Source of the DNA: Tricharina praecox
Taxonomy: Eukaryota
Length of the DNA stretch: 64,000 nt
NCBI RefSeq assembly: GCF_024521635.1
Contig: NW_026250403.1
Coordinates: forward strand, 620,001 to 684,000
Direction: 5' to 3'
Shown: piece by piece, positions 37,068 through 49,683 of the stretch
Layout of the letters: each line of letters begins with the position of its first letter
Position numbering within the stretch: position 1 is the stretch's first letter
Program-made: the position numbers and the translations under genes
Notes under the pieces: generated by a model
What the model was told of the DNA's origin: nothing
Database searches by the model: none
The model's input: the letters and a program-made list of their open reading frames with translations, nothing else

Positions 37068-38974
37068 AGCTGCTGTTGCTGCTGTTGCTGTAATTGCTGC
37101 TGTTGCTGTAATTGCTGCTGCTGCTGTAGTTGCTGTTGTTGTTTCTCGTTTTTACTCTTTCGTCGGAATGGCGCGCCGCTAAAGAATCCGCTCTTGCGTT
37201 TCATCTGCTTGTCGTCCTCAGTAGGAGAAGGTTGAGCTGCTTGGACATGAGACAATTCGCTGCCGCTGGTAGTGTCGCTGGGCGTGGAGTAATCACTAGC
37301 GCCGCCATGGCTGCTCGAGGGTGTTTGAACTGGACTGTTGCTTAAGCTACTGTCCGAAAGCATAGCCCCGGGCCGACAATACATGGTCATACCATCGAGA
37401 GGATACTCATTATGAGGAACAGAGTTTGCGCGCTTGGATACGGCCTGCTTAGGCACTACTTGTTGCTGCTGGCGCAACGACCTGGACGAAGAACTTCCGT
37501 TGACGAGTTCTTTGCTAGTAGTAGGTGAGCTACCCGTAATGGCCTTTTGGCGACTCCGACCACCGCTGTCACGCCGATCCCGGTCCGCGTCGCGACGTCC
37601 ACGATCCCTCCTAGAGACGGATAGTTCAGGCTCTGGGTCAGCTATCGCTGTGGATTGAGTTGAATAGTCTGACGGATTGGGAGAGGCCGAGCGGAAGGCC
37701 GGATTGCCTGCGCGTGGGAATTGCGCCAACTTGTAGTTCTCTTCCGGCGCATCTGATGCGCCGTCGTCGGAATAATCTCCACGGCAGAAATTGATGTACT
37801 TGGGTGCATCTGAGTTGACATGTCAGGTATGAATAGATCAGTTTGTTGACCAGAGACCAAACGAACCAGGGATTTCTTGTCCGGTGCCCTTGTCAACGAT
37901 GAAGGCAGTAACGTCCTTCTCAACCTCGCAATCCTCTAGAGACAGCCGAATCTTCTCGCAGGAAGCGTCGTCGCTGACGCAGACGGTCGAAGAGATGTTC
38001 GCAAACGCCCAACAGCTCGACTTCAAGAAATCGATTCGCTCTTCCTCCAAGTCTTGGAATTTCTAGAAACCCAGTCAGCACGCCCTGAAGTACAGTACCG
38101 TGAAATCCTGGACCAACATCACAGGCTTGCTTCCAATCTCGGTTCCATCGCTCAGTCGTCTTCTCCAGCGCTTTAATCGCGGCCTCATACTCTGCGTTTG
38201 AAGTTGTCAAACCTTGCTGGGCTTTTTCGAGCCGAGCTTTGTTCTTGCGCTCCTCCTGTCCCATAACCATGTGCCCCTGCGCGAGATATCCCTTAATCTT
38301 GAGACAGTCTTGCTCGTATCGGTCCCTGGTCTAGAAGCTAGTCAGCAGGCGGACAACAACAGCAAAAGCGGGGCAGCAGGGTACACCGGAAAAATGAAGT
38401 TTACCTTATTGACTTGTTGGGTCTGTTGCATCTTCAACTTAAGAAGCTTCTCACAGCCGACTTGCACAATCCTCCGCCGCTCCCTCATCGCTCCCGCAAA
38501 GGCCGTCAACGGTTCCTCGAGTTCTGTCGTCATCTGACTAGCGATATTCTGGTGCGCCTTCGCCATAGACTCAACCTCCAATCTCAAAACGTCCAGCGAG
38601 GATTTGAGAGAGCCAAATTCGACCGAGCCCAATGGTTTCTTCGACAGAGCGAGTAGTTTGCGTGCGAATTCGTCCTCAATGGCCGCTCGAGCTAACGTCA
38701 TCATTACAGCCGAGTTAGCAAGACCGGCAGTCGCTACCGCTACGATTCCGGTACGACAGAGCAAAATGGGTTACCTGTGTAGAATCCTTTGAGCTCTTCA
38801 CACGTAGTTTTCGCATCGTGCATGCGCTGTATCATCGGCCCAACACCGGCATCCTCCTTGCCCCAGAAATTGTTTGCGACTGCGAGGCGTCAGTTCACGC
38901 GGAAGAGTACACATCGGTGGCGTTCTAAGTCTCTTACACGAGAGAGCCACAGAGGGCTCCGAACTGGCGCCCAT
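35618..38974 (-). CDS. F-BAR/SH3 cytokinesis/septation protein (S. pombe Cdc15/Imp2, yeast Hof1 family)
   Basis: MGASSEPSVALSF|ANNFWGKEDAGVGPMIQRMHDAKTTCEEL...RAAIEDEFARKL (FCH domain)...EEERIDFLKSSCWAFANI. The C-terminal SH3 reads ARAIYQYNAAIPEEMSFAKGD...DGWWEAE...GLVPSNY. Multi-exon, with a poly-Q tract at ~37015-37141. Confidence 0.93.
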
Positions 38975-41333
38975 AGTGGGACAACTGAGCACGGAGCTCT
39001 GCTGACCAGCAGTTTAGAAGAAAGTGGACGAAAGGAAGCGACTCGACGCAGTTGATATCGTGAAATCCGTCGAGGTGGTTCAGGATTCGTAATGCCGAGA
39101 GGGGCGAGGGTGGACGTGAGTACGCTCTGTGCAGTTAAGTACGAGGCGGCAGCTTCGGGAGAATAGACAGAGGCAAGAGGGCGAAGTGGGTTGAAGTAGA
39201 TGGAATTTGTTTGTTTTTCTCTGTAGAAGCGATGGTTGTAAGCACTTGAGCACTTCGAGTAGTGGTGGAGTATGTAGTAGGGGTGTGTGTGCACGGATGC
39301 CCAGATGTGCTGGCGGCAAGCAGCAGTTTAACCAGACTTACGTGCCTCACTCAGCGAGGCTCTGCAGCGTAGGGCGGCAGCGTAAACACGGTCGGTGAAG
39401 AAGGAAGTTGTCTAGGCAACAGGGGGGCAAGGAGACACTCTTGGCACTGTTATCCAGAACTAGAGTACTCTACTCTAGCGACTCAGCTGCGACTGGAGAG
39501 AACGACACACGAGCAGCTCGCAAGCAGCAGCAGCTCACTAGGAGCAGAGCCTCAATTGATGAGTGATTATCATTAGAGTATTATTTACGATTGATCGACT
39601 AATTGGAAGAGAAGGGAAGAGAGGCAATCCCCAGGTACGGGGTAAACGACCTAGGTAGATAAGTCCGTGTGTATGGTGCTCTACTGTAGAATTCAACACG
39701 TGACCGCTATTTAAGTAGTGCGCCCCATCAAATCGTCACGTATATATGCATACTACCTATTCCTCCCTCAGCAGATATAGGTACTCTACTTATTCCACAG
39801 ATACTACCACTCGAGCGCACCATCACGACCTGCAGGGACTCAACCATGGAACCAGCTTCACAAGAAACTAGCAATTCTCGTCTGTCCGCTGCTGTCAGCA
39901 ACAATGAGAACCCCGGGACCGCCATCGAGATGGCCGAGGACCGTACCGCTGCCCAGGGATTTCCCGTTCCCTGAGGTGGACTTGCTACAGGTAAGTGTAG
40001 TCCCCCTACTACATACAAGCGCTGCTGGACGATCAGTCGGTAATCGGAGTCGCTAGATGCTGGAATTTTCTGGAGGATATCAACGGTGTCTCCAGTCTTG
40101 CCGACCTGACCGAACACTATTATGACTTTTGTCAAAAAGTCTATGCCTACGTTGACTTGCACCTTCGCCGATAGCGTCGTTGACGGATATGTAGTAAAAC
40201 CTAGAGGTGACTCCAATGGCATTTCCAACCCTTGTTCCAGAGGATTCAGCGACGTAGGTAGTAGAAGAAATAGCCGGGGATGGTATAAGGTGCGTGGATA
40301 CTGGACTCTGGGAACATACGTCCTTGTGATAGCCTACCTACTTCTGAGGATCGATTCGAGCCCTCACTGGTGTCAATCAGATAAAAACTCATTGAGAATG
40401 GAGGTTTGTATTTTCACTCACAATCACTCGTATAAGCCATATACCGGTGTTGTAATATCACGAGCCTTATGCTAGATTATGTCCTCTAGGATAGGTATAG
40501 AAGCTTATTGCCACTGGGCTTCAAGAAATACATTATATAGGTATCATCGTCTCACAAAACTAGGTGGTATTCATCTAGGGAGGCAATTTTGGCCGGCAGT
40601 GTGAACGACGAGGTGGAGGCTGATGGCGAAGTAGATTGTTACAGAATCGACGGCATCAAGTGCCGCCAAATATATTTCTAGGGGGTCAAACACTCTTATG
40701 CACGCCCCACTGGCTGTGTAAGATAGTTATGGCCCGCAATTGCACGCCCATCTCATGGACACGAACTCCGAGGGCGACTTGTCGGCCCCCTACTTAATCT
40801 TGTGACCGTAGATTCCCTTCTTACGCTGTCCTCCGGATTGCTGATTTCGACTCTTGGATTCAGAGGACCGACACCGTAGGGGTCGTGAGAGGTGAACACG
40901 GCATTACCTCTAAGGCTGCCTATTCGCCCCGCAATTCACACGCTTCCCGATTAGAGGATCTTCTGTAGTATCACGAGCTCGACAAATCGAAAAACTCGCC
41001 CCTCAGCGCACCGCCTGAGGCCGTCCTGGACATAGCGGAGAGTTTCCAGTGGAGGTGGAAATGCTAGTGTTGTGAGTAGTTTGCGCGGGTGGTGTTGATA
41101 GTCATCGACGGCTGTGGCTTTGTGCCAGCCGCCACAGCCTCTCGCAGAACACGGCAATGCTTGTATTCTGGCCAAGTGTGGCTGAGCCCGAGTGGTGCCA
41201 AGAAGACGGAAAATCGGTGCCAAGACCCCAGAATTCGCCCGGATTTCGGTGACAATGGACTCTACCATACTCTGCTCATACTCTACCGTGCATACTACCT
41301 GACGATGGTGAAGACCGATCGCCCATAGGTAGA

Positions 41334-44300
41334 ATGTCACCTTCCAACCCGAACGCACACATCAGCTCTAGCCTCTCTTCTGATCTTTCTAGTAATATTC
41401 CTCCTTCATCGCCATCCTCTAATCCCGTCTTCTCAGAATCCTACCTCCGCTCGCTCCAATCCCATCTGCCAAAATCAAATCCTGACCTTGTTGCGAAACA
41501 TCTCCCTCCGCCTCCTGGCACCTCGCTTTTGCTCTCCTCCCCAAACCCCTCCACTTCACCCATAACCACTACCACCGCCGCCACCACGCCAAACACCGCG
41601 AGATTCAATTCTTTCGCGTTACCCGCCTACCGAAGCATCCATCCCGCTTCCTCCGACCCTTCGTCTTCGGCCACCGCAGCCGCATCTTCTTCTCCCCTTC
41701 CCAACAAACCATCAATTACAAGTGTGGCCGAGCCAAATTCACGACACCTTTCCACTACATCCGCTTCCAACCTCCACCAACACCAACACCAACAACAACT
41801 TCAGCAGCAACAGCAGCAGCAACAGCAACACCACCTCCACCTCCAACACCTCCTCCACCACCAGCAGCAGCAGCTACAGCAACCACAACCTCTGCTACCT
41901 GCAACCTCCACAACGACATCCCCAGGCTCTTTCCCGGGCTCAGCGGCAAAGACCGCTGGAGGAGGTGGTGGAAGTGGTAGTGCGGGGTCGGGCGTGCCGA
42001 ATCTGTCATTGGGCCAGATACACTTGCTCATTGCTACGATTAACGACAGAAATTACGAAATAAAGCGGAGGGAGATACAGAGGGTGAGTACGGCCTCGTG
42101 AATCAGCCTCCACGTGCTAGCTAGCTCCCCGCTCGCCGGAAATCTTGTTGGTGTTGGTTGTGGGCGTAGGTGTTGCTTTGTATCAAGTTTCTGACTCTTC
42201 GTGTGTGACCAGATCACCGATTCCAACATGGAAGTCAACGGGAGGGTTCTTCGGAAGCTGATCAACGACAACTACGCCCACATAGTCTCATCGACCGGCG
42301 GCAATAAGGGAAATGACTTTCGTATCCTGTCCGACACGGTCAAGGCAATTGCGAGCTCACCTCAAACCGCCAAAGAGAAGTTCGCCGATGCCATCACCCC
42401 CGATACGCAAGAGTCTTTGAAGGTATTCAAAGACTTCGATCTGGCTGCGTTTCTGAACAGTATGGGGCTCGATGCGCTTCTGCGAGCCGTACTGGCTCTT
42501 GGCTTCAAGGAGCATCCGAAAGAAGATCTGCGCAGTAAAGGTTCGAACATGCAGCCCAATTTACCGTAGCTATAGACTCATCACTCACGGATAACATAGG
42601 TCTTGATGTGCTCCGCCGGGCTTTTCCTTCTATGCTCGAGATCCTTGCCAACCCAAACAAGCATCCCGAGATGACACCGGAAGGAATCGCCTATTTCCTT
42701 CGTGAACTCCTGACACCCCCCACACCAACCTTTTTGGACGAGTCGGAGATCTTGAAGCTGTCTTACGCTGCGCGGTCCCGCTACAAACACACATCCCTCC
42801 CGCCGCAAATCATCAACGTGACTGAGCCGCTCGAACACATGCGCCAACAGGAATCGCTGGCCAATACACTACAGCAATATGGAGCTGACCGAGTGAAGCT
42901 CCCTGACCATTTCCGAGAGGTTCTGCGGCGGAAATGGAATGGCTCGTTCACGGAAGCGGAAATGGCGGACGTCTTGACGTTCATGGCAACTGCACCAAAT
43001 GCGTCCGAGTGGCGCTCGGAAAACTTCGTGCAAGCATTGGAGATGGAAGGCAACCTTGCGCAGAACTTTGATTGGGCAGATGTCATCGAGCATCTAGATC
43101 GTGAAGATTTCGTTATCGAGAGTCCGGCGGGCCTGTATGTGATCACTAATGCTGTTCGTCAAGGTACACAGACTCCCGATTTCCCTCTGGATAAGCTCTG
43201 GGGCGGACGCTGGAAGTACGCGAGGTCTCAATGGAGTGTTTTGAGGGCGTACATCAAAGCCGATGAGCTGGATATCACCAAAGAGCTTGGAATCCGGAAG
43301 ATCTTTTCATCGGAGGATTTCGCAACTGCAACCAGCGCCCTGAAGCTGATGGTGGCTACCTTTGAAACGCACAAGCTGATCTCGTATCATGCTGTCGACG
43401 CACTGCTACATTTGTCGTTGGAAGAGGATGTTCCCGTGGACGTTCGCACTGGAGCGCAGCAGGAACTAGACAGAGCTGCCAAGTTCACGCCGGAACTGAT
43501 CCTTTGCGGCGCCCTCATGTCGCCCCAGCCTTGGTCACCAAGTCTCGAAAACATCATCGAGAGCTTATTTGAGATTTTCTTCGAAGGACACCCTAGCCAC
43601 CAGATGATCTTTTGGCGGCTATGGCAGGTGGACAAGGTGTTGGTCGCACAGCGCTTTGTAGATGCCTTCATGCGCAATCCTCTGACCATAACACGAATAT
43701 TGGATATTGCACAGGAGCTTCGCTGTCTGAACGATATGCTGGAGGTTCGCAATGCTATGTTCGTTCTCGACATCGCTTCCTTAGCCGCTCGAAGGGAGTA
43801 TCTCAACCTGGAGAAATGGATTCAGGAGATGATTGGCAAATACGGCGCCGAATTCTGGGGGGAATGTTACCGGTTCTTGAAACTGAAGGCGGATGCAGAA
43901 TACTTAGCTTCCAGGGAGGGTGGCAAGGCGACTATGGTCAGCTTGAGAGTAGGGCCTGTGCACTCGTTTCTCACGGTTCTGGATAGCAGGTATCCTTCGC
44001 CTTTACCCCCTTCGCTTATGTTCCTTTCAGAAAGCTTACCCTTTCTCCTAGCCATCCTCCAATGCACCAAGAGCTCCAGGAGCAAGTTACTCAGACGCAG
44101 CGAGCGTGTATTCAGGCATATCCTCGGCTCATCAACATGGGAACGGGGTTCGATCCTATCATCTTGAACAACAACGGCGAAGGCAATAGTTTTTCCTCGG
44201 CCATTGACAAGGACATGCAACAGAATTACAAAGCCCTGTACGCCCAAGAAACAGAGATCCGAGAGCTCGTCAATTACATGCAGCGGCTTAAGGAATCGAC

Positions 44301-47300
44301 TGTTCCCCGCGATCAAGATTTGTTTGCCTGCATGATCCACGGACTTTTTGACGAATACGATTGCTATCCAAACTATCCTATCCATGCACTAGCCACGACA
44401 TCGGTGCTTTTTGGGAGCATCATTCGCTACAAGGTCATAGACGGGATTCCTCTCCGGGTTGCGCTGGCTATGGTCTACCAAGCCGTCCGAGATCATGAGC
44501 CATTGAGCAGCATGTACAAATTCGGCCTACAGGCACTGGTTCAATTTCAGGAACGACTGCGGGAATGGCGATCATACTGTATGCTTTTGTCCCAAGTACC
44601 TGGTCTTCAAGGTACCGATGTTTGGAATGTTGTACAAGAAGTGATCAGCGGGGGTGGGGGCGGTGCGGAGAGGCAGATTGAGCTTGTTATCCAGCCAATT
44701 CAGCAACAATCGCAATCAGGGACAGCCAATGGAGACTTGGACAGGGAGCGAGATAGAGATAACGAGATCCCGGAATTGCCCAATGGAAATATCCTCTCAC
44801 CATCTCCCGAATTGAAGCCGCCATTTCGATCCTTACACGCAGACCCCCCTTCGGATGGTGCATTCGAGGACCCCGAAGAAGATGTCCAAGACAAGGTCCT
44901 TTTCATCGTCAACAACGTTTCCAAGTCGAACCTAGACAGCAAACTCAGGGAACTTCGGGAGTGGCTGGAGGAGCCTCACCACCAATGGTTCGCTGATTAC
45001 CTCGTCGTGAAACGCGCCAAGTTGGAACCTAACTACCACGGCCTCTATCTGGATCTTCTTGAGAATTTTGGGCACAGGGGACTGATCAATGAGGTGCTTC
45101 GCGAGACCTTTGTCAACGTCATCAAGCTTCTGAACACGGAATCGACAATGACCAACGGCACAGAGAGGAACCATCTTAAGAATTTGGGCGCCTGGTTAGG
45201 TGGCTTGACCCTTGCCAAAGATAAACCGATCAAGTTCAAGAATATATCGTTCAAGGATCTCGTCCTCGAGGGGTGGGAAACCGACCGGCTCGTTGTTGTT
45301 CTACCTTTCGTTTGCAAGGTCCTGGAACAGGCAACCAAGTCGACCGCTTTTCTCCCGCCAAATCCCTGGCTGATGGCAATCCTACGGCTCTTGAAGGAGT
45401 TGTACGAAAGCGTTGCCCTCAAGCTGAATTTGAAGTTCGAGATCGAGGTCCTCTGCAAGAACTTGGGACTGGACGTAAAGGAGATAGAGGCAGCTACGGA
45501 CATCGCGGAGGTGAAGCAACGGCAGGAACTTCGGGAAGTGGAGGCGGAAGAGGCTGCACTTGCTCAGCTGGACACCCTTTCATTGCAACAACAGGACTAC
45601 ACTTCCAGTTCAAACCAAATACCGCCTTCGTTCACTGAAAACATTTCAATCAACTCGATCATCAGGGATCCCACGGTGAAGCGGATCATCATCACTGCCA
45701 TCGAACGGACGGCACATGAGATACTCGGTCCAGTCGTCGAGAGATCCGTTACTATCGCCACCATTGCAACGTCTCAGCTCATCCAGAAAGATTTTGCCAC
45801 CGAACCGGATGAGAACAAGATGCGAAACGCCGCCGTCGGGATGGCACAACGTCTTGCTGGCCATCTCGCGCTGGTAACCTGTAAGGAACCGATGCGATTG
45901 AGCATGGTGAACAACATCCGCAATGGGCTTATTCAGAGTGGGTATAACGAGGCTGCCGTGTCAGAACAAGCCATCACCATGATCGTCAATGACAATTTGG
46001 AGTATGTCTGCCAAACTGTCGAGCGAGCAGCTGAACGGGGGGCTGTGCCCCAGGTCGATGAGAGCCTACGTACGTCATACCAGATGAGGAAACGACACCG
46101 GGAGTCACGGACTGCGCAGCCGTTCGTGTCGCCTGATGTTTCGAGATACGCCTTGCAACTACCGGATGTATTTCGTTTGAAGCCTGGGGGTCTCACTGCA
46201 CAGCAACTGGCCGTCTACGACGATTTTGCTCGGCCAAGCCCCGTTACTACTGCCGAACCGCCCAAGGGACAGACACTCGACGGCTACGACTATCTCCCCC
46301 AGAATTTCCAGCAAGGGACACCCGGTATCGCGGATACCCCTTCTGTCGAGCACCAACGCCCTATCGAGCCCCCGGCACCGGCATCGCCGCCGCAATCCGC
46401 CTTCGAACGGGGTCACTACCAGGAGAAGGTTGTCATCGCAATCAGCGAGATGCGGCATATTGGGGAGGAGTGCGAAGCGCACAACCTACAGGAGCTTCAT
46501 GCCGATCATCAGATTTTCCAGTACATTGAGAGCATCCTGCACAATATCGGAAGCATTCCTAATGCCACCAAGCTCAAGGATTCTGTCTGTACTAACGCTG
46601 CTTCCCATCTATGCAGCCTGGTCTATGCGGATAACCAATCACTGCTGGTGGTTGAGTCTTTGGTGCTGTTGCTCCGGAAACTATGCGAGCTGTCCCCAAA
46701 TACCGCCAAAGAGGTCGTCATGTGGCTTGCTCGGGACAAGGAGGACGGAGTCAACGAGCGCATACTTAATGTCAGGGCGACGGCTGTGCTTCTTCGGTCT
46801 TCTCTTTTGACGGTACCTCACCTAGACATGACGCTGTCCAAGTTGATCATCGCCCGGAAGCCTATTGCGCTCGAGTTCCTGTCAAGCCTTCTCAAAGAGG
46901 TTCAACAGGGTGACTCCCCCTTACTCTATAGGACTGATTTCGCTACCTCTTTCGATGCCGTTGGCGATTGGATCAAGGAAGATCCGGCAAACCCCACCGC
47001 TACGGCGCTTTTCAAGGACCTTCAAGATTCGGACGATGAAGATGAGGAACGCAACCTCCGGGACCAAATGGAATACATCTTTGTTGAATGGGTTCGGCTT
47101 TACGAGCAACTTACAACCAACGATAAACATTATTCGGCATTCGTCATTCAACTGCATCAAGCGAAGTATCTTGAAGACCCACCGAAGTCTATTGAGTTCT
47201 TTCGCACTTGCATCGAGTATTGCATATCCGAATACGAGAACCAGAACCAAAATGGAGCGAGCATCGCGACAAACTGCTACATCCCAATCGATGCGCTTGC

Positions 47301-48685
47301 GAAGATGGTGATGTTGCTTGTCCGTTACCAGGTAGATGATGGGGACTCGCAAGAGCAGCTCGACAAGGTTCAATACTTTGAGGGTTTACTTGCGAACGTC
47401 GTCATAGTTTTCAATCACCACTACGAGACTCGCAGTGACGGTCTATGCGGCAAGGTGTTCTTCAGATTTTTCTCGACCCTACTTTTCGAGTTTCGACAAA
47501 TCGAGCATCAGATGGACGAGTATGCGGATCGCATTCTGGGGTTGTTTGCAGACTGCTTTTTGACCCTGCAACCGGTGTTCTTCCCGCTTTTTGCATTCCA
47601 TTGGACTACGTTGATCTGCCATCGGTATTTCATGCCAAAGTTGCTCATGACGTCTAAGGGCCAGCCCATCTTCACCAAGCTTTTGTGTATCTACCTTAGC
47701 TGGATCGGTATGCTCTTGAAGGAACACCAGCCTCTCCAGGGCGTGGTCAAAATCCTCCACCAAGGGGCATTGAGACTGCTTCTTGTCCTGCATCACGACT
47801 TCCCGACCTACCTGGCGGAGTATTACTTCCCTATTGTGGATGCAATCCCAACCGAGTGCACTCAGCTTCGCAACCTGGTTTTGAGCACATTGCCCCCCAC
47901 CCTCGCAGAATTCCCGGATCCTTTTGCGACTGGATTGAATGTCAAGTCCCTTCCCGCGATTAAGGATTCCCCTACTATCTGCGGGGATGTCAGCGGTGCA
48001 TTACAGAAGGCGGACTTGAAAGATTTCGTTGATAGCATCATTCACGGTAGCCAAGAGCCAGCTGGCGATGTGCTCGCTGCCATTGTCGAAGCGCTCGAAT
48101 TTCCACCTGCTTCTGGTGCAGTTGCGGTAAATGTCGGCGCGATGAACAGCTTGATGCTGTATGTAGGTTTAGACGCCATACAGAGTGCCGAATCCCAAGG
48201 ATTGGCCATCTTCCAGCCCGAGGGTGCTCATGCAGCATTGCTTTCTCACGTTGCCATGGCCTTGAAGCCCTACGGTATGTTCCTCCCTCCGCTTCACAGA
48301 TTAAATACTGACCCTTTCTCTGTAGGACGCCACTTCTTCCTGAGCGCCGCCGCAAACCACCTCCGATACCCCAGCAGCCACACCTACTACTTCCACTGCC
48401 TGATCCTTCACATTTTCGACTTTGCTGGCGGGCTTCCCCAGGAGGAGCGAGTGCGAGAGCAGGTTACACGGGTTTTGGTAGAGCGCTTAGTAGTTCATCG
48501 ACCCCACCCTTGGGGCCTGATCATTACACTACTTGAGCTTTTCCGGAGCCGTGAGCAAGAGTTTTGGAATTTGCAGGCTGTCGCTCAAGCCCCTGAAGTA
48601 CGTTCACTCCACCTGATGTGTCCTTCAAACTTCTAACCATGTGTTCGTTTAGATTGCTCGTCTCTTCAGCGCAGTTTTGCCATAG
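41334..48685 (+). CDS. NOT1: CCR4-NOT complex scaffold subunit Not1
   Basis: Motifs include LAARREYLNLEKW, FACMIHGLFDEY, VQDKVLFIVNNVS, LVTCKEPMR, LRLLLVLHHDFP, NHLRYPSSHT and ERLVVHRPHPWGLIIT. Introns at 42084-42212, 42541-42599, ~43990-44050, ~48274-48325 and ~48598-48652. The start codon is less certain. Confidence 0.96.
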
Positions 48686-49683
48686 GCTGCTCGGAATTGC
48701 AATTTTTCGTTTTTTCTTTTCTTTCTTTTTCTTGCACGTATGGACCTAGCGAGCAGATGTGAAGCGTCCGCATTCCGTTGCTCTTGTTGCCTGGGGATTG
48801 GATCTACGGCTGTGGTTTGGAGAGTTTGTTTGTGATTGGGCGCGAGGCGGTAGGCTTTCTAATCGTGCATGTGTAAACAGGAATCATCGGCTTGCTTTTT
48901 GTTCTGGCGGTTTGTTCTGCTTCCTTTTTCTTTTCTTTTTTCTTTTTTCTTTGCTGTTACTTGGAATTAGGAGTTTGAGTGTGCCATTTGTTTGTCTGTC
49001 TTCCTCACTTGCTTCCCTCTTTTCCCTCTTTTCCCTCCTCTGTATGATGACGAGAACGAACGATGGGAGCCACAAAAAGAAAACAATAACAATGGGTAGG
49101 TACGTCGCCGGTTAAAGCGTTTTTATGTCATATGGGTTGGATTGCTTTCATCCTTTTTCTTAGTAGTAGTTTTTTACCTCTTATTTCCGTAACTCTGTAT
49201 GTATAGCTTTGGTTCGGCTGTGGATCGATGGTTGGTTACTGCGTTGCTCGCAGCTGGCTTGGGGAGAAGATTGGTGATGAGAAGAGAAAATGTATCATGA
49301 ATTGTATGCTTGAGTGAGTGCTTTCTGTGGCCCGTGTAGCGACGGAAATACTATATCTAGGCCGTGTGTGAACGGGCCGACGGTCCCCCTACGTGCCCCC
49401 CCCTCCAGATCCGGAATTTCTCCCACTTGTTCACGAGCGATGACGATCCCGTTTCCCAACTCAACGGATCACTCGGTGATCTTCCAAGACCCCCCAAAAA
49501 TCGGTCATCTCAATGAATACGCCAGTTCGGTATCAGTATTCCAAGAGAAAAGGTATTATTACGCCCCGCATCGTCATCGTTAATGAAACCAAGAAACCTT
49601 GCAAGACAAGCCAAAAGACAAAGAATCCGTCGAAAAGAAAAAAAAACTCCATAAACCGTATAAAAATCGTTTCACAGCTACAG

